Of a DNA stretch of 42,041 nt, positions 36,957 to 42,041 are shown piece after piece. Origin of the DNA: an uncultured Flavobacterium sp. (lineage in GTDB: Bacteria; Bacteroidota; Bacteroidia; Flavobacteriales; Flavobacteriaceae); contig CAZOQH010000001.1 in assembly GCA_964581855.1 (NCBI GenBank), positions 1-42,041 on the forward strand, read 5' to 3'. The notes beneath the pieces are model-generated. The model was not told the DNA's origin, ran no database searches, and saw nothing but the letters and a program-made list of their open reading frames with translations. Position 1 is the stretch's first letter. Each line of letters opens with the position of its first letter. Made by a program: the position numbers and the translations under genes.

Positions 36957-37661
36957 ATGAGTTTTAAAAGAGTATTGTTATTTTTATCAGTTGTATTTAT
37001 TAATTTTTCTTTAGCACAAGAAGAAAAAATTAATCAGTTTGATGCCAACGGAAAACGTCACGGACTTTGGAAAGGGGTTCATGAAAAATCTCAAAGACCG
37101 CGTTATGAAGGTGTTTTTGTAAACGGAAGAGAAACGGGTGTCTTTAAATACTTTGATGACACAAAAGCAGGAACCGTTATTGCAACCCGAGATTTCTCTA
37201 AAGGAGATGGAAGTTGTTATGTAATAATGTATAACCAAAAAGGAAACAAAGTAAGCGAAGGATTGCTCAATAAAAACAGACAAAACGAAGGGGTTTGGAA
37301 GTATTATCATCAAGATTCACCTCAACCTATGTCGGTGGAAACCTTCAGAAACGGAAAACTTCACGGAAGAGTTGTAGTTTATTATAAAAACGGAAAAATA
37401 GCTTCTGAAACTCATTATAACAATGGTGTGAAAGAAGGCGTTTTTAAAAAATATTCACAAGACGGAATTGTATTAGAAGAAATTCCGTATAAAAATAACC
37501 AATTTAATGGTTGGGTGATTTATCGCGATATTAAAGGGCAAATCATTGCTCAAGGAATGTACGAAAAAGGACTAAAAAAAGGAATTTGGAAGTTTTACGA
37601 AAACGGAGAACTAATCCGAGAGGTGGATTCTGAATCAAAAGAGTTTATATACAGAGGATAA
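36957..37661 (+). CDS. Exported MORN-variant repeat protein (YwqK-like annotation)
   Basis: SPI signal ...SLA-Q; repeats G.WK.Y..NG; stop codon abuts the GT9 start (TAAATG). Confidence 0.85.
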   Translation: MSFKRVLLFLSVVFINFSLAQEEKINQFDANGKRHGLWKGVHEKSQRPRYEGVFVNGRETGVFKYFDDTKAGTVIATRDFSKGDGSCYVIMYNQKGNKVSEGLLNKNRQNEGVWKYYHQDSPQPMSVETFRNGKLHGRVVVYYKNGKIASETHYNNGVKEGVFKKYSQDGIVLEEIPYKNNQFNGWVIYRDIKGQIIAQGMYEKGLKKGIWKFYENGELIREVDSESKEFIYRG

Positions 37662-38705
37662 ATGAAAATACTGGTCATACAACAAAAAATGATTGGAGAC
37701 GTATTGGCAAGTACGGTTGTGTGTCAGGCCATAAAAATCAAATATCCAGAGGCAGAGGTGCATTATATGGTGCATTCTGGAACTACTCCTGTATTAGAAA
37801 ACAATCCGTTTATTGATAAAATAATCGCTTTCAATCCTAAAGAAACAAAAGGATTTTTAAAACTCAAAGCTTTCGGAAAAAGTTTGAGATCCGAGAAGTA
37901 CGATGCTGTGATTGATGTGTACGGGAAGTGGGAAAGTATTATTCCAACTTATTTTTCGGGTGCGAAAATCAGAATAGGACAGCATAAATATTACACTTCA
38001 TTTTTATATACTCAAACGGTTAAATTTTCAGACGTAGAAGGAGCATCAATTTTTAATAGATTAGAATTAGCTCAAGCCCTAATAGGAGAAATGGTTAGTA
38101 TTGAATTTCCAAAGTTATATCTTACACCAGATGAAATCCAAAAAGCCAAACAGCAACTTCATGGCCAAATAGACACTTCTAAAAAAACGATTATGATCGG
38201 AGTATTAGGGAGTTCTTTGGACAAGAGTTTACCTTTCGAAGAAATGGCCAAAATGCTTGATTTTATTGCTTTAAAAGATGATGTGCAATTGCTTTTTAAC
38301 TTTATGCCCCATCAGGAGTCTCAAGCAAAAGAAATCTATGAATTATGCCAACCTGCTACTCAAGACAAAATAATTTTTGAGTTTTACACTAGAGGATTAA
38401 GAGAATTTTTAGCTGTATTATCTCAATGTGATGCCCTTATCGGAAATGAAGGAGGAGCGGTTAATATGGCAAAAGCTCTTGATGTTTCCACTTTTGCTGT
38501 TTTTTCTCCTTGGATAAAAAAGGAAATATGGAGTAAACCATCTGATCAAAAAAAACATATGATGGTACATTTAATAGATTTTTATCCGAGTATTTATAAA
38601 GACAAACATCCAAAAAAATTTAAGAATGAATCTTTGGAACTATATAAAAAACTTAAATTTGAGTTGTTTAAAGGTGATGTTCTTCATTTTTTAAGCAACC
38701 TTTAA
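37662..38705 (+). CDS. Glycosyltransferase family 9 (LPS heptosyltransferase-like)
   Basis: MKILVIQQKMIGDV, NNPFIDKII, IGNEGGAVNMAKAL. Confidence 0.9.
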   Translation: MKILVIQQKMIGDVLASTVVCQAIKIKYPEAEVHYMVHSGTTPVLENNPFIDKIIAFNPKETKGFLKLKAFGKSLRSEKYDAVIDVYGKWESIIPTYFSGAKIRIGQHKYYTSFLYTQTVKFSDVEGASIFNRLELAQALIGEMVSIEFPKLYLTPDEIQKAKQQLHGQIDTSKKTIMIGVLGSSLDKSLPFEEMAKMLDFIALKDDVQLLFNFMPHQESQAKEIYELCQPATQDKIIFEFYTRGLREFLAVLSQCDALIGNEGGAVNMAKALDVSTFAVFSPWIKKEIWSKPSDQKKHMMVHLIDFYPSIYKDKHPKKFKNESLELYKKLKFELFKGDVLHFLSNL

Positions 38706-38742
38706 CTTCTTAAATCATCCTCTTTATTATAAACCTTACGCT

Positions 38743-40605
38743 GTGTTGAAGAATATTTACCTCACTTTACTTATTAAACGATTATTGGTGGTGTTTTTGA
38801 TTTACCAATTATGTCGATGTCTGTTTATATGGTTTAATTACAAGGCGATCGAAAAAATCGATGTGAACTCTTTTTTAGGAGGATTGATTTTTGATATATC
38901 TGCTATTAGTTATGTGAATTTGATTTTTGTATTAGCTCACCTTTTACCTGGAAACCTAAAATATAAGAGGGTATATCAAAAAGTTTTAAAGCTTTTGTTT
39001 TTTGTAGTTAATATGGTCTTTATAACTACAAATCTAGTTGATTTAGAATATTATAAATTTACGGGTAAACGCAGTACTTACGGACTTATAACAGCCACAG
39101 GAATGGAAAACGAAATAGGAAGGTTGTTGCTTTCTTTTATTGTTGAGTTTTGGTATATTCCATTTATAACAGTTTTTTTAGGAGCTTTAGTATGGAGAGC
39201 TTTAGGACATGTAAAGGTTGAATTAGTAGAGAGATATACTCCAAAAAAATATTTGAAAGATTTTTTTGTCTTAGTCTTTTTTTTAGGGCTGGCTATTCTA
39301 GCTGGCAGAGGCGGATTTGGAAAAAAACCTTTGCGGATAGTTGATGCCATTTTATATAACAATCAATCTCCTGAAGTAGTCTTGAATACTCCTTTCAGTA
39401 TTTTGAAGACCATTGCAAAGAATGAGAATTTATCCGTTCCACAATTTTATTCAGAAGAGGAACTCGATTCAATTTATAATCCTGTGATTATTACTAATCC
39501 TGAATCTGAAAAAACAGATAAAAATGTAGTTCTTATCATTTTAGAAAGTTTTGGAGATGAGAATGTCCAATCGGGTTACACGCCTTTTTTAGATTCTCTT
39601 ATTACCGAATCTTTATATTTTAAAAATGGTTTTGCAAATGGGAGATTATCAATTGATGCCGTTCCGTCCATACTTTCTAGTATTCCGAGTTTAATGGAAA
39701 ATTCACTGATTACTTCTAGCTATTCTTTAAATAATGTGTATGGACTACCTAAAATACTAAAAGAAAATGGTTACTATACTTCGTTTTTTCATGGAGCATT
39801 TAATGGAAGTCAGAATTTTGATCAATATTGTAAAGTAGCGGGATTTGATGATTATTTTGGTAAAAATGAATATATAGGTCCTGAAGCATTTGATGGGAGA
39901 TGGGGAATTTTTGATGAAGAATTCTTACAGTTTTTTGCTCAAAAAATGGAGACTTTTAAACAGCCTTTTTTCAGCACTATTTTTACGATATCTTCTCATA
40001 ATCCTTATATAATCCCCGAAAAATATAAAGGAAAATTTCCGAAAGGAACTACTAAAGTTATGGAAACCATAGCTTATACAGATTATGCTTTAAAACAATT
40101 TTTTGATTCTATTAAGACAGAAGAATGGTATGAGAATACTCTGTTTGTGATTACAGCAGATCACGGTTATCCAGATACTAACTCAGAAATATATAGAACA
40201 AGTGTTGGAAGGTTTGAAATACCTATTTTATTTTTTGATCCTTCTGACCCGACCCTTAAAGGGGTTTCGGAAAAGAATCTTCAGCAAACGGATATTATGC
40301 CTAGTATTGTTGATTATTTGAACATAAAAGCAAAGATGATTTCGTATGGAAAATCATTTACATCAGATGACGATTTTGTAGTTTATTTCCTAAATAATAT
40401 CTATCATTATATAAACGGGGACTACTATTTAAGGTTTGACGGAACTAACCCAATTGGGTTGTATGAGTTTAAAAAAGATAGATTGTTGAAAAAAAATCTG
40501 TTAGATATTAAGACAGAACAAAGAGAAGAAATGACTAAATTTATAAAAGCATATATTCAGTCATTTAATTATAGAGTATCAAATAATAAGCTTATTGAAA
40601 AATAA
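38743..40605 (+). CDS. LTA synthase / sulfatase-family membrane phosphotransferase
   Basis: About 5 N-terminal TM helices, IILESF, TPFLDSL, TISSHNPY, YTDYAL, ITADHG, QTDIMPS; GTG/TTG start uncertain. Confidence 0.88.
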   Translation: MLKNIYLTLLIKRLLVVFLIYQLCRCLFIWFNYKAIEKIDVNSFLGGLIFDISAISYVNLIFVLAHLLPGNLKYKRVYQKVLKLLFFVVNMVFITTNLVDLEYYKFTGKRSTYGLITATGMENEIGRLLLSFIVEFWYIPFITVFLGALVWRALGHVKVELVERYTPKKYLKDFFVLVFFLGLAILAGRGGFGKKPLRIVDAILYNNQSPEVVLNTPFSILKTIAKNENLSVPQFYSEEELDSIYNPVIITNPESEKTDKNVVLIILESFGDENVQSGYTPFLDSLITESLYFKNGFANGRLSIDAVPSILSSIPSLMENSLITSSYSLNNVYGLPKILKENGYYTSFFHGAFNGSQNFDQYCKVAGFDDYFGKNEYIGPEAFDGRWGIFDEEFLQFFAQKMETFKQPFFSTIFTISSHNPYIIPEKYKGKFPKGTTKVMETIAYTDYALKQFFDSIKTEEWYENTLFVITADHGYPDTNSEIYRTSVGRFEIPILFFDPSDPTLKGVSEKNLQQTDIMPSIVDYLNIKAKMISYGKSFTSDDDFVVYFLNNIYHYINGDYYLRFDGTNPIGLYEFKKDRLLKKNLLDIKTEQREEMTKFIKAYIQSFNYRVSNNKLIEK

Positions 40606-40719
40606 GAGTTAGAGTTAAAGTCAGAATTAACAAGTATTTTTAGATAAAAATAGGATAAAATAATTTCTTTATTCTATTTTTGCCAGAATTCAAAAATAGC
40701 CCAAACACATACAGATTAA

Positions 40720-41496
40720 ATGCATATTTCGGAAGAAAATAAAATTAGTGGTTTAATAATTACTTATAACGAAGAGCAAAATATAGAAGACCTTATCCAG
40801 AACCTTGATTTTGTTGACGAGCTTATAGTTGTAGATTCGTACAGTACAGACAAAACACTTGAAATTCTTTCGAAATACCCTCATGTTAAAGTAGTTCAGA
40901 ATCAGTTTGAAAATTATACCAAGCAACGTAATTTTACTTTAACTTTTGCCACAAATCCGTGGATTTTGTTCTTAGATGCAGACGAACGAATCACTCCCGA
41001 ATTAAGAGAAGAAATCTTGCAAACCATTCAGAATCCTAAAGCAAAGGATGCTTATTACGTATATCGTAAGTTTATGTTTAATAACGGACCACTTCGATTT
41101 AGCGGATGGCAAACCGATAAAAACTTCCGTCTTTTCAGAAAAGAAAAGGCTCACTACAAAGAAGATTTATTAGTTCACGAAACTTTAGTAGTCGAAGGAA
41201 CTATTGGTATTTTAAAAAACAAACTCATTCATTATTCCTATATAAGCTATAACGATTATAAAGGAAAAATGATTTCATACGGAAAGCTTAAAGCGAAAGA
41301 ATTATACAATAAAGGCAGAAAACCAAACTTCTTTCATTATTATTTAAAACCGGTTTACAAATTTTTGTATGCTTATTTAATTCGCCTCGGAATTTTAGAT
41401 GGTCAAAAAGGAGTGATTATCTGTTATCTGAATGCCTTGAGTGTTTATGTACGCTATCAGGAACTTAAAAGGCTTAATATAGAAAATAAAGAATAG
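40720..41496 (+). CDS. Glycosyltransferase family 2 (WaaE/KdtX-like LPS beta-glucosyltransferase)
   Basis: IITYNEE, VVDSYSTDKT, KQRN, LDADER, VHE; promoter TATTTTTG (40675-40682). Confidence 0.9.
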   Translation: MHISEENKISGLIITYNEEQNIEDLIQNLDFVDELIVVDSYSTDKTLEILSKYPHVKVVQNQFENYTKQRNFTLTFATNPWILFLDADERITPELREEILQTIQNPKAKDAYYVYRKFMFNNGPLRFSGWQTDKNFRLFRKEKAHYKEDLLVHETLVVEGTIGILKNKLIHYSYISYNDYKGKMISYGKLKAKELYNKGRKPNFFHYYLKPVYKFLYAYLIRLGILDGQKGVIICYLNALSVYVRYQELKRLNIENKE

Positions 41497-41514
41497 CATT
41501 TTATTACCTAATTA

Positions 41515-42041
41515 TTAAATCAATTCGTCAAGCGTTTCTAAAATAATCTTACAGCCTTCTCTGATTTCTGATTCAGAAATAGTAAGCGGAGGTGTGATTC
41601 TCACTGCTTTTTTCTCAAACAACAACCAGAATAGAATCAGTCCTTTGTCTTTGCATCGCAAAATTACTTCGTTGGTTATTTCTTCACTTTCGGTCATTAG
41701 CGCCAGCATTAGACCTTTTCCTCTGATTTCTTTGATAAGCGGGTGAACTAATAATTCTCTAAAAAGTTTCTCTTTTTCGAGGGTTTGAGGCATCAAATCC
41801 GATTCTAAAACTTCTTTTAGCGTAGCTAAACTTGCAGCAGCAATCACAGGGTTTCCTCCAAAAGTAGTAATGTGCCCTAATTTAGGGTTATCTGATAAGC
41901 AATCCATCATTTCTTCGGAAGCTACAAAAGCTCCGCATGGCATTCCGCTAGCCATTCCTTTTCCGATGGTAATGATATCAGGTACGGCACCATAATTTTC
42001 AAATCCGAATAACTTTCCGGTTCTTCCAAATCCAGGTTGAA
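41515..42041 (-). CDS. Class III PLP aminotransferase (acetylornithine aminotransferase-like), 5' part outside the window
   Basis: Frame is open to the window edge: QPGFGRTGKLFGF...PDIITIGKGMASG (PLP Lys), HITTFGGNP, IRGKGLM. Confidence 0.9.
   Translation of the reverse strand, partial: QPGFGRTGKLFGFENYGAVPDIITIGKGMASGMPCGAFVASEEMMDCLSDNPKLGHITTFGGNPVIAAASLATLKEVLESDLMPQTLEKEKLFRELLVHPLIKEIRGKGLMLALMTESEEITNEVILRCKDKGLILFWLLFEKKAVRITPPLTISESEIREGCKIILETLDELI

Noticed and set aside
1-42041. CRISPR array, IS elements, prophage or defence island
   Set aside because: No regularly spaced direct repeats, transposase, integrase or phage genes were recognised

Overview
AT-rich, largely core-genome window from a Bacteroidota, most likely a Flavobacteriaceae (Flavobacterium-like) chromosome. 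The evidence is many TAnnTTTG (-7) / TTG (-33) promoters, A-rich start contexts without Shine-Dalgarno sites, Gln at +1 after signal peptides, and acidic lipoprotein export signals. In order it contains: tRNA-Asp(GTC), a DUF58 gene, two uncharacterised lipoproteins, an acyl-CoA carboxylase beta subunit, glnS, an FKBP lipoprotein, Hsp15, a PRTase and a Glu/Leu/Phe/Val dehydrogenase. Next is an iron block (sufA-like, sufBCD with no sufSE, then a heme-type TonB receptor plus HmuY lipoprotein, all carrying a shared 23-bp operator-like motif), then kynurenine 3-monooxygenase and NlpC/P60. A divergent RNA-metabolism hub follows: HU, a 30-aa bS22-like ribosomal protein missed by the ORF track and RNase E/G on one side; ZapB-like, ZapA, 6S RNA and RNase Y on the other. 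After that comes an uncharacterised three-gene exported module (a 1095-aa TPR+MORN-repeat protein, an active DUF3857 transglutaminase-like protein and a catalytically dead paralogue), then YfhO, YbjQ, purB, rpiB, envelope/LPS genes and a partial class III aminotransferase. No mobile element, prophage or CRISPR array was seen. The best candidate for an undescribed system is the TPR-MORN / transglutaminase / pseudo-transglutaminase operon at 24943-32105.
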